The notes: generated by a model not told the origin, from the letters alone. Positions 35,744 to 47,267 are shown, counted from the stretch's first letter. The stretch: DNA of 56,938 nucleotides from a virus (IMGVR_UViG_3300027744_000022:1-56938), one strand, 5' to 3'. Made by a program: numbers and translations.

Positions 35744-35753
35744 AATTATTTTT

Positions 35754-37637
35754 TTATCTTTCGTTTCCTCCTGTTATAGTACCGCTAGAACCTCCCCCTG
35801 TATTGGTTTGATTAATCAATTCAGCTTCAGCTTCTTTTTCTTCTAAGGTAGCACCTTTTAGATAATTTTTCTTCATCCATGCTTCAATAGCTTTTAAAGC
35901 AGCTTTATTTTTAACACGAGTTCCTACAGGAAACTCAGGTGACTCAGGTCTTCCATTTTGCTTAGGAATATAAATGCTATTACCTCTATAAGTATTATCA
36001 ACTTCTATTCCATATTTACTTGCAAAAGCAGAACCGTTAATAGCTTTTTTAACATCTGAACTTTTTATTGAATTAATAACAGGTTCTCCAATATTAATAA
36101 GGTCATCCCTTAATGTTGTATTGTACTGTTCGATTGGATTTAATTTTTTTGTTTTTGTTTCAAATCCTGAAGCCTCAGTTGTTAAATTTATCTGTGCACC
36201 TTTAGGAAGTAAACTTTTAAATTGTTTTAATACCTCGTCTTCGTTAATACCCATTTTTGTTGATATAGTGCCAATTAATGATTCTGTAAACTTGGTTGGG
36301 TCGGCAAGATTTATACCATCAGCTTTAAATTTAAACACTTGTGTATTACCTTTTTCATCAACAATAGTATAACCTTCTTTAGTTTTATTAAATGGAAGTC
36401 CTGTTGAAGCACTTAAGTATTTAGTTCCTGATGAAGATTGATTTGCATTGCCGGTAAGAGAATAAACTAAGTTTTGAGCCACATTTTTAGCTGCCCTTCT
36501 CTTTTCATTAATATCAAGTTCTGTTGGACTAATTGCTCTTGGTTCTTGCAATTCTGCTTGAGGAGTAGGCTTTAGTTCTTCTGTACGTTTGTATTTAGCA
36601 CGAAGTTCAGTACGCATAAAATCTTCTGATACCTTTATTTGCTCATCTGAAAACTCAGGAGTTTGCTGTCCTGAACTTGGGTCTACCTTTAATAGTATTT
36701 TATTAGGGTTAGCTTTTGCATCAGCGGCATCATTGGTAAATGTATATTGTAATTTATTTGGTGCAAATTTCTGACTATTGGTAAGCACAGATAGTCTATC
36801 GTATGGATTAACAAGAGAACCTTTTATAAATTGATTTTCTGAATCTGCAAATTGATATAAAATCTTTTTACCATCTTCGCTTAAATCAGTTCTTTTCCTA
36901 ATATCTTCTACATTTAATATCAATCCTCCACCCGATACAGATGCTGTTTTAGCAATAGCACTTGTAGTCTCTTCTCCCAATCCTTTTACAAATGCACTAG
37001 TTACAGTATTGGTATCATACTTGTCATACTTTCCTGCTATTTGATTTTTTAATGTATTAATAGATGTAAACTCGTTAGGATTAGTATTCATTACGTAAAC
37101 ATCTTTACCATCAACCTTTTTTAATTCCTTCATTGCAACACTTACAGTGCCATTTGTAGGATTAATATATAGTTGAGACTTATTAAAATCTGAATAACCT
37201 TCTGCTTGACCCATAAGCCACTGCTCTAAATCTTGAGATTTATCTGTTTTATATCTTTCCATTTTATCAGCAAAAACTGCCTGATAATCTTTTGAAAGAT
37301 TAAATGCTCGGTCAGTACCGTCAAGAATATTTTGTCTAGCAATAGTATAATCTTTTAAACTCATTTGACCTGACTTTAAAAGTCTGTCTTGCATTAACAT
37401 AAATTGAGAAGCATTGTCACCATACTCTAATGCCCATTGATTAGCACCCTTATGTTCACCCTGTGGTGGGTTAGCTAACGTATTACCAAATTCACGAGAT
37501 GCGGCATCAATTGCAGACTTTTTTTCCTCACGGATACGGGTCTCCTCTTTGAGCATATCGCTCATGTTCTTGCCAACCTCTGCCCAATTTATTTGAGATT
37601 CAGCACTCCGCTCTGCGTATTTATAATATGTTGCCAT
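35754..37637 (-). CDS. Putative internal virion (ejection) protein
   Basis: 627 aa; positioned between the pilot-like gene and the giant protein. Confidence 0.55.
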   Translation of the reverse strand: MATYYKYAERSAESQINWAEVGKNMSDMLKEETRIREEKKSAIDAASREFGNTLANPPQGEHKGANQWALEYGDNASQFMLMQDRLLKSGQMSLKDYTIARQNILDGTDRAFNLSKDYQAVFADKMERYKTDKSQDLEQWLMGQAEGYSDFNKSQLYINPTNGTVSVAMKELKKVDGKDVYVMNTNPNEFTSINTLKNQIAGKYDKYDTNTVTSAFVKGLGEETTSAIAKTASVSGGGLILNVEDIRKRTDLSEDGKKILYQFADSENQFIKGSLVNPYDRLSVLTNSQKFAPNKLQYTFTNDAADAKANPNKILLKVDPSSGQQTPEFSDEQIKVSEDFMRTELRAKYKRTEELKPTPQAELQEPRAISPTELDINEKRRAAKNVAQNLVYSLTGNANQSSSGTKYLSASTGLPFNKTKEGYTIVDEKGNTQVFKFKADGINLADPTKFTESLIGTISTKMGINEDEVLKQFKSLLPKGAQINLTTEASGFETKTKKLNPIEQYNTTLRDDLINIGEPVINSIKSSDVKKAINGSAFASKYGIEVDNTYRGNSIYIPKQNGRPESPEFPVGTRVKNKAALKAIEAWMKKNYLKGATLEEKEAEAELINQTNTGGGSSGTITGGNER

Positions 37638-37647
37638 TAATTTTTTT

Positions 37648-38475
37648 TTATTTTAATAGGTTGAACGGGTCGTAGTTATTTAAATATTGTTTATTTGTAA
37701 ATAACATTAGCCTTTGTTCAGGACTGAGTTCATTTCTAAATTGTCGGTACTGAGAATTGCTCATGCCTTTAATTTTTTCAAGGTCTAAATTTGTAAACCC
37801 ATCCGTCCCTGCTACTCCCATTGATTTACTTACTCCATCATTTTTACCTTTAACATTACCGAAACTTTGAAACTGTTCAGTACTTAAGGTCATATTTCCA
37901 AGAGCAGATTTTTGAGCAGAACGATTTTGAGCAAATAATGGTAAAGCAGAAGCCACTTGTTGCCCTGTACTTACAACTCCTTGCATGGCTTGTTGTGTTG
38001 CTTGTGCACCTAACTCTTGTGCATTTGCTGCAGCTAACTGTGCACCCTCTACTTCTCCTAAATCTAATTGAGCACCAATATCACGAAGACGACTATCTTC
38101 TTGTGCACTTAACTTCTCAAGTGCACTTAATTCTTGACCAAATGCACTTCTTACTCCTGCTTGACCTTCTTGTTGAGCCATTTGAATACGACCTGCTGTA
38201 GCTGCAGCCCCTCTTTCACTCTCTACTCCTGCTTGTATAGCTTGAGCACCTTGAGCAAGCAGTGCTTCTCTCTCTAACTCGTATGGTTCTTTTTGGATAG
38301 ATAAGTTATCATAAAAGTTAACCTCTAATTTTTTACGTGCAGCCTGCATTGCTGTATCAGCATCACGCTCTGCATTACGCATTGCTTGACGTTGCTTGCC
38401 TGCCTGAGAAAATGACATACCTGTTGATGCTGCTGTTGCTGCTATACCTACTACCGCTGCTGTTGTTACTGCCAT
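37648..38475 (-). CDS. Putative ejection/pilot protein
   Basis: Ala/Gln-rich helical sequence with a hydrophobic N-terminus. Confidence 0.6.
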   Translation of the reverse strand: MAVTTAAVVGIAATAASTGMSFSQAGKQRQAMRNAERDADTAMQAARKKLEVNFYDNLSIQKEPYELEREALLAQGAQAIQAGVESERGAAATAGRIQMAQQEGQAGVRSAFGQELSALEKLSAQEDSRLRDIGAQLDLGEVEGAQLAAANAQELGAQATQQAMQGVVSTGQQVASALPLFAQNRSAQKSALGNMTLSTEQFQSFGNVKGKNDGVSKSMGVAGTDGFTNLDLEKIKGMSNSQYRQFRNELSPEQRLMLFTNKQYLNNYDPFNLLK

Positions 38476-38476
38476 G

Positions 38477-38887
38477 TTATAATAATTTTATCATCTCACC
38501 TGTATAGGAATCTCCTTTAATGTAACCAAGTTCTTCGTACATTCCTATTAGGCTTTGGTTTTTAATTAATGCGTAGCTATATTTGCTACCTGTTTTCTTA
38601 CATATATCCGTTAATGAAGACACTAATAACTTAATAGCGTCTTTTCTTTGTGGCTTCTTGGTATATTCCTTGTTAGATATTATCCAATCTACCCATGCTA
38701 CCTTGGAATTAGTTAAGTACATAAACCCGGCACATACAGGAGTTTCATTATCGTAAACAATTATACCACCTTTACCATCGTTAGGAAGAAAATCTCTTTG
38801 CGGAGGTTCCCATTTCCATTGCTTCCACCAACCTACAAGAATGTCATCGTAATCGCTTTCGTTTAATTCTCGTATATATAACTCCAT
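38477..38887 (-). CDS. GNAT-like acetyltransferase
   Basis: IRE, GIIV, AWVDWIIS, N..L...YEELGY; typical podoviral position; TATCTTTG at 38895-38902. Confidence 0.6.
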   Translation of the reverse strand: MELYIRELNESDYDDILVGWWKQWKWEPPQRDFLPNDGKGGIIVYDNETPVCAGFMYLTNSKVAWVDWIISNKEYTKKPQRKDAIKLLVSSLTDICKKTGSKYSYALIKNQSLIGMYEELGYIKGDSYTGEMIKLL

Positions 38888-38908
38888 ATACTTACAAAGA
38901 TATTAAAT

Positions 38909-39679
38909 TTAAGGAAAACTTTTCATCACATCTGACTGCACAGCAAATAACTCTATCTTACTTGTTGAGTCATTGTCAATATTAAATGTGCAATAGTGAC
39001 CTAACACTCCATGAGACTCAGCAATTGAGTTCTTAATATATAAGAAGTATGCATCGTTGATAGGTATGGGAGTTGTTCCTGAAATTGTTGTATCTATAGT
39101 TAATTGGTTTATACCATTAGGTAGGTCAACTGTAATAGCAGTTACTTCACCTGCAAGTATAGGTGTGGTGTAAGGAGGCAATGAGAAATAAAGATAATCT
39201 CCAATGCTTATAATGCTTCCTATAGATACAGCCACTGCAAAGTCAATCACATTACCGCCTGTAACTAGGATGCTTCTTCCAATACCATTAACACTTCTAA
39301 GTGAAAGCTGACCAACAGAGTCGTTACGTATAAAGGCAAAATAAGCTGCCTCTTTCTTTTCAAACCAATCCGCATCTATAAATCCTGAGAACTGTAGGTC
39401 TGTTTCCAAGGTTACAGACCACGATGAATCTCCTTGTAGATTTATTGTTTTAAACAATTTATTCTCAAGAGGAGACGTATTAAATACACTCTGCAAAGTT
39501 GTTGGCGTAAATGTTCCATAAAATGTATTCCTTAATGGGTTTACATTATGCCTATATAAATTGCCTTTATTAAAAGTATAGAAGTAGTTGTTCATTCCTA
39601 TCATCCAATCAGGATAATAAGAGTAGAAGGATACCCATCCTCCAACCATGTCACTATATGATAATGTATAATTTGCCAT
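38909..39679 (-). CDS. Tail protein (C-terminal part of nozzle-like family)
   Basis: TLSYS....GWVSFYSY.P, N.FYG, KLFKTINL.G, KKE...FA. Confidence 0.6.
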   Translation of the reverse strand: MANYTLSYSDMVGGWVSFYSYYPDWMIGMNNYFYTFNKGNLYRHNVNPLRNTFYGTFTPTTLQSVFNTSPLENKLFKTINLQGDSSWSVTLETDLQFSGFIDADWFEKKEAAYFAFIRNDSVGQLSLRSVNGIGRSILVTGGNVIDFAVAVSIGSIISIGDYLYFSLPPYTTPILAGEVTAITVDLPNGINQLTIDTTISGTTPIPINDAYFLYIKNSIAESHGVLGHYCTFNIDNDSTSKIELFAVQSDVMKSFP

Positions 39680-39689
39680 ATCTATTTAT

Positions 39690-40922
39690 TTATGGAGTAC
39701 AATCCACAGGACTAGATATTGCTCCTGTTGTATTATTGTATGTTCCTACCCATTTTTCATTAGTATCAGATGCTAATGCAAATAACACTCTATCTCCATT
39801 TCCAATAGTACCATTAATATATGGATTAGCTAAAGGAGGGTAATTATTATAAAACAATGTTACACCTGCTAATGTTGGTGAAGCAGCAAATACTGTCAAA
39901 TTACCTAAACTTACATAAGTACCTGTTTGTCCACAAGCATCAGCAGCATCAACTGCATATCCAAATAATCTATATTCATATCCTGTTATTGGTGGAGGAA
40001 TAGCACATACTCCTGAATCAATTACAACTCCATTACTATCTACTTCAAACCAATCATCCCCACCTACTATTGACCCTGTGGCAAGGTAAAATCCTGCAGC
40101 TAATGGTGTAGAACCATAAGCATCTGAATATACAAAGTCATATATACCTACTGTACCTGATGTCCCTGCTAATGATGCATTGTAATAAATAACTGTCTCA
40201 TATAAAGTACAAGCAGCAACTGCAGATGCAGCCATTACGCTTGAGTTAAACCCTACAAGTAATACAGGGCATTCAACTATTATGTTCCAATCGGTACTTA
40301 AACAAGGACCAACTATTTCAATATTTACAATAGAAGGAGATGCGGTTAATTTAGGGATAACCATCATCGTATTGCCCGGTGCTACTGAACTTAAAGACAC
40401 ATCTCCTGCATTTACTGTTATAGCTTGCGTGTTACCTGTTAAGATAAATACTGCTCCATCATATAAATATTCAGGCAATGCAGGATATGTTGTGCCTGAT
40501 ATTCCGCAGTCAGAAGCTATTTCACCTATATAAGTAAAGTTTCCTGAAACAGTGCTTTCATGTATACCGTCTATTGGCGATGTTAGTTTATTATACACAA
40601 CAGAGTTAAATGTTGCTCTAATGCCATCAGGTACATCATAAGGGTCAAACCTAATAATTATTGCACCAAGGTTTGCTCCTGCCTCTGAATCAAGTAAATA
40701 AATACCCTCTGTACCTGATTGTGTAATCTCCTCTCCACAAGGAATGGTACAAGAAGGACAAGTCTGTTGAGGTAATAATACCCCACTAACTTGCTCTCTT
40801 GAGATAAGACCGTCAGAATAAAATCCATCTAAAGCAAAAGTCGTCAATGCCGCATCATCAAATACAGCAGTCGCTGTTCCAAGTGAAGGTGAGTTTAAAT
40901 AATATGGTCCACTTACTGCCAT
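39690..40922 (-). CDS. Tail-associated structural protein
   Basis: Acidic, G/T/C-rich beta repeats (DGFYSDG, AGFY). Confidence 0.6.
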   Translation of the reverse strand: MAVSGPYYLNSPSLGTATAVFDDAALTTFALDGFYSDGLISREQVSGVLLPQQTCPSCTIPCGEEITQSGTEGIYLLDSEAGANLGAIIIRFDPYDVPDGIRATFNSVVYNKLTSPIDGIHESTVSGNFTYIGEIASDCGISGTTYPALPEYLYDGAVFILTGNTQAITVNAGDVSLSSVAPGNTMMVIPKLTASPSIVNIEIVGPCLSTDWNIIVECPVLLVGFNSSVMAASAVAACTLYETVIYYNASLAGTSGTVGIYDFVYSDAYGSTPLAAGFYLATGSIVGGDDWFEVDSNGVVIDSGVCAIPPPITGYEYRLFGYAVDAADACGQTGTYVSLGNLTVFAASPTLAGVTLFYNNYPPLANPYINGTIGNGDRVLFALASDTNEKWVGTYNNTTGAISSPVDCTP

Positions 40923-40929
40923 GGGTATT

Positions 40930-43900
40930 TTAAATTAAATTACTACAATTACAACAAACATCTTCTATATCTACATTTGAATAACATAGGGTAACCGGTG
41001 TTGATTGTCTAAAATCCCATATTAAATACAAATAATCATTAAGTGAAGGTACAGTAAAATCAGCATAGTTATATGTTCCACTTCCTACATTTGGTGTTGC
41101 TGTTGTTGCTAAACCTAATAGAATATTTATATCAACAGTATTATTTCCGTACAATGTATTGGTAACGTGGTATTTAAAACTATCAGAAGCACTATCAAAA
41201 ACAAATGTATCAGAAGCAAATTGATTTGAAATTAAACTCATTACACTTCCTGCAGGTGGAAACGCACCTGTACCTATAAAATCTGTAATTATATTATATC
41301 TTGAAATAAGTGGATTAGTAGTTCCACTATCAAAAATTACAAGAGCTGATTGCAATGGAGATGTAAAGGCTCCACTTACATACCTATATTGCGTATGCAC
41401 GGTCTGTGCTGAATCGTAATCGCTTGTTAGTACAATTTGTACTATGCTAAGAGATGCTGAATCAGGGCAGCTCGCAAGTACCTGTAGGACAATATCTCCT
41501 GTGTAGTCAATTGTAATGGTTGCAGTCTCTACAGAAATAGTGTCTTTATTAAAAGATAGCACTCCACTTGTACTAACTACTCCCGTTGTATTAATATTGC
41601 CATCGTAATCAACAGTTATCTCAAAATCACCACCTGCACTTATACTTAATACATTATATGTTATATCCGTGACGCCTATAGTAGGACCTAAATCAACACA
41701 ATACTCTACTTGTCCTTGTACTTGAGGTAACGTACTTAGTGTAAACGTCTGAGCAATACCACAAGCCAAACACTGTGGATTGGTTGGAAGTTCAATGTCA
41801 TTGCTTGACAGTACGTACTCATTCATGTATGGGTCAAATGAACCAAGTTTTTGAGTATTGAATGATGTATTAAACTCATCTCTAAAATAAGTACGCATAT
41901 TCATCTCAGAGACAACTTTAAGTTGGTCGTTTGAGTATGAATCTCCTTTTAGCTGTATAACAGCTCCACGTTTTACATCAGTAAAGTATCTATCATAACC
42001 CCACTGTACATAACTCTCAGCATTAAAGCTGATGCCATATTTCTCAGTGCGTGTAATTTGGTTTCCTAATACCTCAGGTACCGAAGCTATAACGCCACCT
42101 CCTGTTGAGTCAGATATAAGATTCTTACTAGACAAGACATAAGATATTTTGTCTTCTTGTAACACAAGAATGTCATTGGCTCTACCATCTAAGATATAAA
42201 TATCTCCAAATGACGGCTCCAATACTTTATAATTTAGCAATCCTAAGTTAAACTCATTTAGCTTATTTACATTTGATTCAGCACTGTACACGCCACTATA
42301 TGTAATATCAGAGAACCTATCAGCTTCTTTATAGTCCTGAGCAGATACGCTTGTAACCCTATTCCCAAGATTAAAAGAGTTCCCTACAATTGAGTCTCTT
42401 ATTTTATAACTCTCGGCTCCATTACCAAAGGCAAAACAATTAAAGAACTTAGTATCCACAATAGCCGGTAAAGGCGGTATTGCACTAATATCTTGGTTTT
42501 GAACATTGCCCATGTGATTACCATTCGTAATTGCAAATGACATCTCATTCTCAAAAAACACATCAGGCAATGCATCGGATGGTTCTGTTTCAAATATTAT
42601 TGTTTTATCTGAACGAAATACAGTAATATTAACTTCTACGTTTGATGCACGAGCATTAGGTTGAAAAAGACCCGTACATGGCAACGTGCCTGTAACCATT
42701 AACTCAAGTTGGTTAGTCGTTATATTTCTAATAAATCTATAATAATTAATACATAAAGCGGTTGATATATCGTTTATAGTATTAGTTATTGTTGATATAA
42801 ACTCATTATCAGGAATACAGTCTCCACCTCCTGCATATCTTATTCCATCATTTAAAAACTGCTGTACATTTTCACCAACAAACCAATCATACATATTATC
42901 GTATGAGTTTCCTGATATAATAGTTCTTTCTAATGTATTTCTTCTTTCCTCACAAAGACTACCTACACCATCTCTCCATTGTTTTATAGAAAGAAGTATT
43001 CGACTACCTGAAGGAACATCATAATCTGAAAATTCCCAAGTAGGGTTTGTTGGGTCAAATCCTGCTGTTTGAGCAGTATTCATTGGATAGTATAGTATAG
43101 GATAAGGTCCTCCTTTAGGAGAAGTTTCTTTTATTTTACCGGGTGCTATAATAGCTTGTTGGTCCTGAACAATATTAAAACTGTTAGGATTAATTTTCAT
43201 GTAAACTCCGGCAGGAATAGGAATAAAAACAGAAGGGTCTAATTCGGTTGGTATCTCAATAAAGTCTGAACTCTGAGAAGATTTCTCAAGAACAGTAGCA
43301 TACACACAAGATGTAGTAGCACCATTTGAATCAGCTTTTACTATTAATCTATCTCCCGTTTCAATCTTACGTGCATTCTCACCCTCAAGTAAGAAATATG
43401 CATTATTAGTAAGTGGGTCTTCAAAAAATATACTACAATATATTGTCTCGTAATTCTCTTCGTCAGGCTTTATTACAAATTTATATCGTGTAGCCCACGC
43501 AGGAGGAAGTTGTTGTATGGGTATAGTTACTTGAATTGAATTTTTAAATGCAGATAATCCACATGGTATATGTTCTGTATTTGTAGGACTAACCAATGCG
43601 GTTGTTGCTCTATTAAACTCATCCATGTAAACAATACCAATCTCATAGTCACGATTACTGTGTAAACTTTGAGGATTTGCTATTTCTTGAAATGTAGCTT
43701 CAGCAAAAGTAACTTGATAGTATTCATAAAATGTTTGAGTTGGAGTAGTTGTGTTATCAACATATTGCATTGCAGGAAATTGTAATCCAATTTCACTACT
43801 TGCAGGACTTGTAACAATCCCTATTGGCTCACCAACTGCACTTATTCCACTATTATTTTTTATATATGCATTTAAGTTATTTGGTATTGCACAGTTGAAT

Positions 43901-45378
43901 GCATCAGTAAATGTTGTACCATTACAAGAATTTGCAACTGTTTGAATATTTGCTATATCACCAACTGCATTTTGAAACTCTATACTTGTAGCTAATGCAT
44001 ACACAGAAGTATATGTAGTTGATAAGAAAAATGCAAAATTTAATCTAACTTCACCTGTCTCCTCAGTTGGAAAAGGTGCTTGTCCTGTAAAAGGGTCAAA
44101 ATGCTCTATGGTTACATCTAAATTAATTGCAGAGCCTGCTATTAAATTTTGTCCTGCTAAATCAAATGTAACTATAGCATTAGTAACAGTTACTGCTCCA
44201 TCAATAGTATAGTTTCCTTCATCGGTTGCATCAGTAATACTTGTATTTCCTATAGCTTCAGATATTAAAGAAGTTGTATACTCAAACTTTATAGGAGACC
44301 CATTATCATCAATCAAATCATATCCTTCAACATAGTTTCCGTACATCAACCTATTGCCCATTATTGTTTGAGCTTTTGCAAATCGAGGTACATTATCATA
44401 CAGTCTTAATAATTCAGACTCAGATAGAATTGTAAATATTTTACTATTTGTAAATGTATAATCGTAGTCAGTATTGTCTACAAGACCTAAATTAGCCTTG
44501 TCAAGTTTCTCAATAACTTTAATGATATTACCATCTGCTTTCTTAAAAAGAAGGTCAACACCAACCACTAAAGAGCCTCCTGAGTTATATGTAATTCTTG
44601 CAGAGTTGCAAAGATTAGTCATACCCTCATTTAAAAAACTCTCAATACTAAAACTAAAAGGATTTGGAACAAATGAAGGTTGAGACCACTGAGATGTGGC
44701 ACTGTACTCTCCATCAATATATCTATACCTATAAGCAAAACAAATAAATCGTGTATTTAAAAAGTTTTCTTGACCATTAATTACAAGAGGTTCTACAGCA
44801 GGAGATTCTGTAGGTGGTTTCTTAATTACAAGCAACGACTCTGCATTGACTTGGTCTATATCAGCAATTGGATTAGGGTAGTTTCTATTTATATTTATAA
44901 ATCTTGGAGCATTGTAATCATCTGTAAAGAACAATAAGTCATTTAATATATCTGTACCCGTTATAAGATAACTTGGATTAAAATTTAATTTAGTATCTAC
45001 ACCACCCCCATCGTCTATACTAACAACATGATATGTTAATATATTTGTAAATACATTAAATGATACTATTAAATCAAGTTTCCCTGTAGCTCCTAGACCA
45101 AAACTTGGGTCATGAACAAACCAATATACATTCTCATTTGCAGCATCGGCAATAGCTCCAATACATCTTGCGTCTACACTTAGCGGTGTACCATCAATAT
45201 AAGTTAATTCAGTAAGCGAAAGATTTCCTTTTGTATTCTCAATAACTCCAACCTCAGAGTTCTCTGTAGACCCCATCCTAATATTCATAGCATCTACATA
45301 CTCACCATCAGGAAGCAACCGTTGGTCAATGATTTTATTCATTCGACCTGCTATAAAGTTTCTTGTAATGTTTGCCAT
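40930..45378 (-). CDS. Tail nozzle/stabilisation protein
   Basis: F..GRMNK..DQRLLPDGEY.DAMN, LFFTD..N.PR.IN, GNRLMYGNY, YFTD..RG.V; crAss-like/P22 gp10-type. Confidence 0.75.
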   Translation of the reverse strand: MANITRNFIAGRMNKIIDQRLLPDGEYVDAMNIRMGSTENSEVGVIENTKGNLSLTELTYIDGTPLSVDARCIGAIADAANENVYWFVHDPSFGLGATGKLDLIVSFNVFTNILTYHVVSIDDGGGVDTKLNFNPSYLITGTDILNDLLFFTDDYNAPRFININRNYPNPIADIDQVNAESLLVIKKPPTESPAVEPLVINGQENFLNTRFICFAYRYRYIDGEYSATSQWSQPSFVPNPFSFSIESFLNEGMTNLCNSARITYNSGGSLVVGVDLLFKKADGNIIKVIEKLDKANLGLVDNTDYDYTFTNSKIFTILSESELLRLYDNVPRFAKAQTIMGNRLMYGNYVEGYDLIDDNGSPIKFEYTTSLISEAIGNTSITDATDEGNYTIDGAVTVTNAIVTFDLAGQNLIAGSAINLDVTIEHFDPFTGQAPFPTEETGEVRLNFAFFLSTTYTSVYALATSIEFQNAVGDIANIQTVANSCNGTTFTDAFNCAIPNNLNAYIKNNSGISAVGEPIGIVTSPASSEIGLQFPAMQYVDNTTTPTQTFYEYYQVTFAEATFQEIANPQSLHSNRDYEIGIVYMDEFNRATTALVSPTNTEHIPCGLSAFKNSIQVTIPIQQLPPAWATRYKFVIKPDEENYETIYCSIFFEDPLTNNAYFLLEGENARKIETGDRLIVKADSNGATTSCVYATVLEKSSQSSDFIEIPTELDPSVFIPIPAGVYMKINPNSFNIVQDQQAIIAPGKIKETSPKGGPYPILYYPMNTAQTAGFDPTNPTWEFSDYDVPSGSRILLSIKQWRDGVGSLCEERRNTLERTIISGNSYDNMYDWFVGENVQQFLNDGIRYAGGGDCIPDNEFISTITNTINDISTALCINYYRFIRNITTNQLELMVTGTLPCTGLFQPNARASNVEVNITVFRSDKTIIFETEPSDALPDVFFENEMSFAITNGNHMGNVQNQDISAIPPLPAIVDTKFFNCFAFGNGAESYKIRDSIVGNSFNLGNRVTSVSAQDYKEADRFSDITYSGVYSAESNVNKLNEFNLGLLNYKVLEPSFGDIYILDGRANDILVLQEDKISYVLSSKNLISDSTGGGVIASVPEVLGNQITRTEKYGISFNAESYVQWGYDRYFTDVKRGAVIQLKGDSYSNDQLKVVSEMNMRTYFRDEFNTSFNTQKLGSFDPYMNEYVLSSNDIELPTNPQCLACGIAQTFTLSTLPQVQGQVEYCVDLGPTIGVTDITYNVLSISAGGDFEITVDYDGNINTTGVVSTSGVLSFNKDTISVETATITIDYTGDIVLQVLASCPDSASLSIVQIVLTSDYDSAQTVHTQYRYVSGAFTSPLQSALVIFDSGTTNPLISRYNIITDFIGTGAFPPAGSVMSLISNQFASDTFVFDSASDSFKYHVTNTLYGNNTVDINILLGLATTATPNVGSGTYNYADFTVPSLNDYLYLIWDFRQSTPVTLCYSNVDIEDVCCNCSNLI

Positions 45379-46302
45379 TTATTTTATCTGCTTGTCCATA
45401 CCCCTCATGTTCATTAAGAGTCTGCCCGGATGAATATTGCTAATTCTTATTTTTGCATTGTTTAACAATGCTTTTCTTTTTTTACGAGCACGAGCAATAA
45501 CATATTCTTGAACACCAAGTTTAGAACTTAATATTTCATATTCTATTGCTGCATAGATGTAGGCTTCAAACAATTTATTTACCGTAATCAATGAATTATC
45601 TCCACCCTCCATGCCATCTGATACGTATTCTAAGATGCATTGCTCTCCTGACATTGGAGAATCAAAATTTATAACTCCTGATTTTCTATCAATATTAAAT
45701 GTAGGATTAAAGTTTGCAGTCTCTGTATTTAATCCATAAGCTCCCCCTATGCTATTCTCAAAAACCCATCCCCCATCAATATTCCAACCTGATTGCCCAT
45801 CAAATTGATTATTTTGATTTAGATATATGCTTTTTTTCAGATGCGTTAATCTATCATAGTCAATCTCAGAGTATTGTGGAGATAGTGCATTACCATCTTG
45901 GTCAAACAAAATCCTGCCTGTATTATCTTGAAGATATGCTTTAGACGAAATTGTTTGAATATTCTCAGATAATGGTCTAAGCAATCCATCTTTGTACATA
46001 GATATACGAACCCAATTTATATAATCAGAAGGTAGAATATACCTTAAGTTATCAGGTACCGTTAGTTCTAATACTTTTATTTCTTTAAAAGCATCGTAAT
46101 TTAATTCTTGTATAGCACGCTTAGTATGAAACTCTATTTTATAACGAGGTTCGTTATTAACTAAAGAGTGATTTCCTGAGTACATCAACTGAAAATTATT
46201 GACAATGTCAGTTAAACTAACATATTGATAAGAACCCCAATTAGCATCTTCAGGAAGTACTCCTGCATTCTCATAATATTGATACTGTGATATATATGCC
46301 AT
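45379..46302 (-). CDS. Tail ring/adaptor protein
   Basis: LPSDYINWVRIS, ILEYVSDG; context. Confidence 0.65.
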   Translation of the reverse strand: MAYISQYQYYENAGVLPEDANWGSYQYVSLTDIVNNFQLMYSGNHSLVNNEPRYKIEFHTKRAIQELNYDAFKEIKVLELTVPDNLRYILPSDYINWVRISMYKDGLLRPLSENIQTISSKAYLQDNTGRILFDQDGNALSPQYSEIDYDRLTHLKKSIYLNQNNQFDGQSGWNIDGGWVFENSIGGAYGLNTETANFNPTFNIDRKSGVINFDSPMSGEQCILEYVSDGMEGGDNSLITVNKLFEAYIYAAIEYEILSSKLGVQEYVIARARKKRKALLNNAKIRISNIHPGRLLMNMRGMDKQIK

Positions 46303-46313
46303 ATCTTAAAAAT

Positions 46314-47267
46314 TTATTGTTGCATACTAAATGTAGGTTGCTCATGCTGTTGTTGAGCCATACCAAATTGAGTAACTTCAGTTTCACGAATTGATATTCC
46401 ACAGTACTCAAGTATTTTTGTAACTAATTTATACTCATCTTCTGTAGGTAATTCAAAGTCTTGATAATCATTTTGTGATTGGTCAAATACAGGCTCTCCA
46501 TTAGTAAGTACAACATAAGTCCATTTTGGAACTTTAGGGTATCTAAAATAGGTGGCTTCAATCTGACCCTTATTACTTATCGTTACAGGATAAAAAGTTA
46601 ACTCATCACCTTGTAATGCGTAAATAGGAAACTCATTTGTCGGATTAGTTAAATTAGACTTTACTAATAAAGAAAGTTTATTATTAACTACTTTTTCAGC
46701 TTGAACAATAGTAGAAGAAGAAAAAATACCATACGTATTGGGAGTTGCAAGAAAGATGTTTGAATCTAATATTATTACTGTATTACTTGATACAGAAACA
46801 ACTTTACCCACTAATCCTGTTGTTGTATTGGTTACTACATCTCCTGCAATAATATCAAGTGACAGGAAGGTAGCTGAGCTATCTACTAGTTGATTACTGA
46901 CAACCGATGTATTAGTTCCTGTATCTAAAACAACAGGTCTACATATAATGTCTAAAAGCATATAGGTATAATATCCCGTAGTTGTAGGACTTGGCATTGA
47001 AAATTTATTTGCAGAAACCTTAAACAAATAGTCTGTACGCAAAAAATATTCTAATACTTCTGCTATAGGCTGTTCAATGTCAGCGTAGTCTACACCCGAA
47101 ATACGAGCGTTTTCAGCATTTATAACCTTATTATAGTTACTAAAGTACTCCTCATATATTTCTAATTGTGAGTTTTGAGCAAACAAATTGAAATCAGAAG
47201 GAGAAATATATCCATAATTGTTTTTATTCAACACAGATAATACCGCATTTCTAACTGAGTTTATCAT
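46314..47267 (-). CDS. Tail ring/adaptor protein
   Basis: NK...GYISP..FN..A, Y.RYP..PKW, DFELP; TATATTTG at 47282-47289. Confidence 0.65.
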   Translation of the reverse strand: MINSVRNAVLSVLNKNNYGYISPSDFNLFAQNSQLEIYEEYFSNYNKVINAENARISGVDYADIEQPIAEVLEYFLRTDYLFKVSANKFSMPSPTTTGYYTYMLLDIICRPVVLDTGTNTSVVSNQLVDSSATFLSLDIIAGDVVTNTTTGLVGKVVSVSSNTVIILDSNIFLATPNTYGIFSSSTIVQAEKVVNNKLSLLVKSNLTNPTNEFPIYALQGDELTFYPVTISNKGQIEATYFRYPKVPKWTYVVLTNGEPVFDQSQNDYQDFELPTEDEYKLVTKILEYCGISIRETEVTQFGMAQQQHEQPTFSMQQ

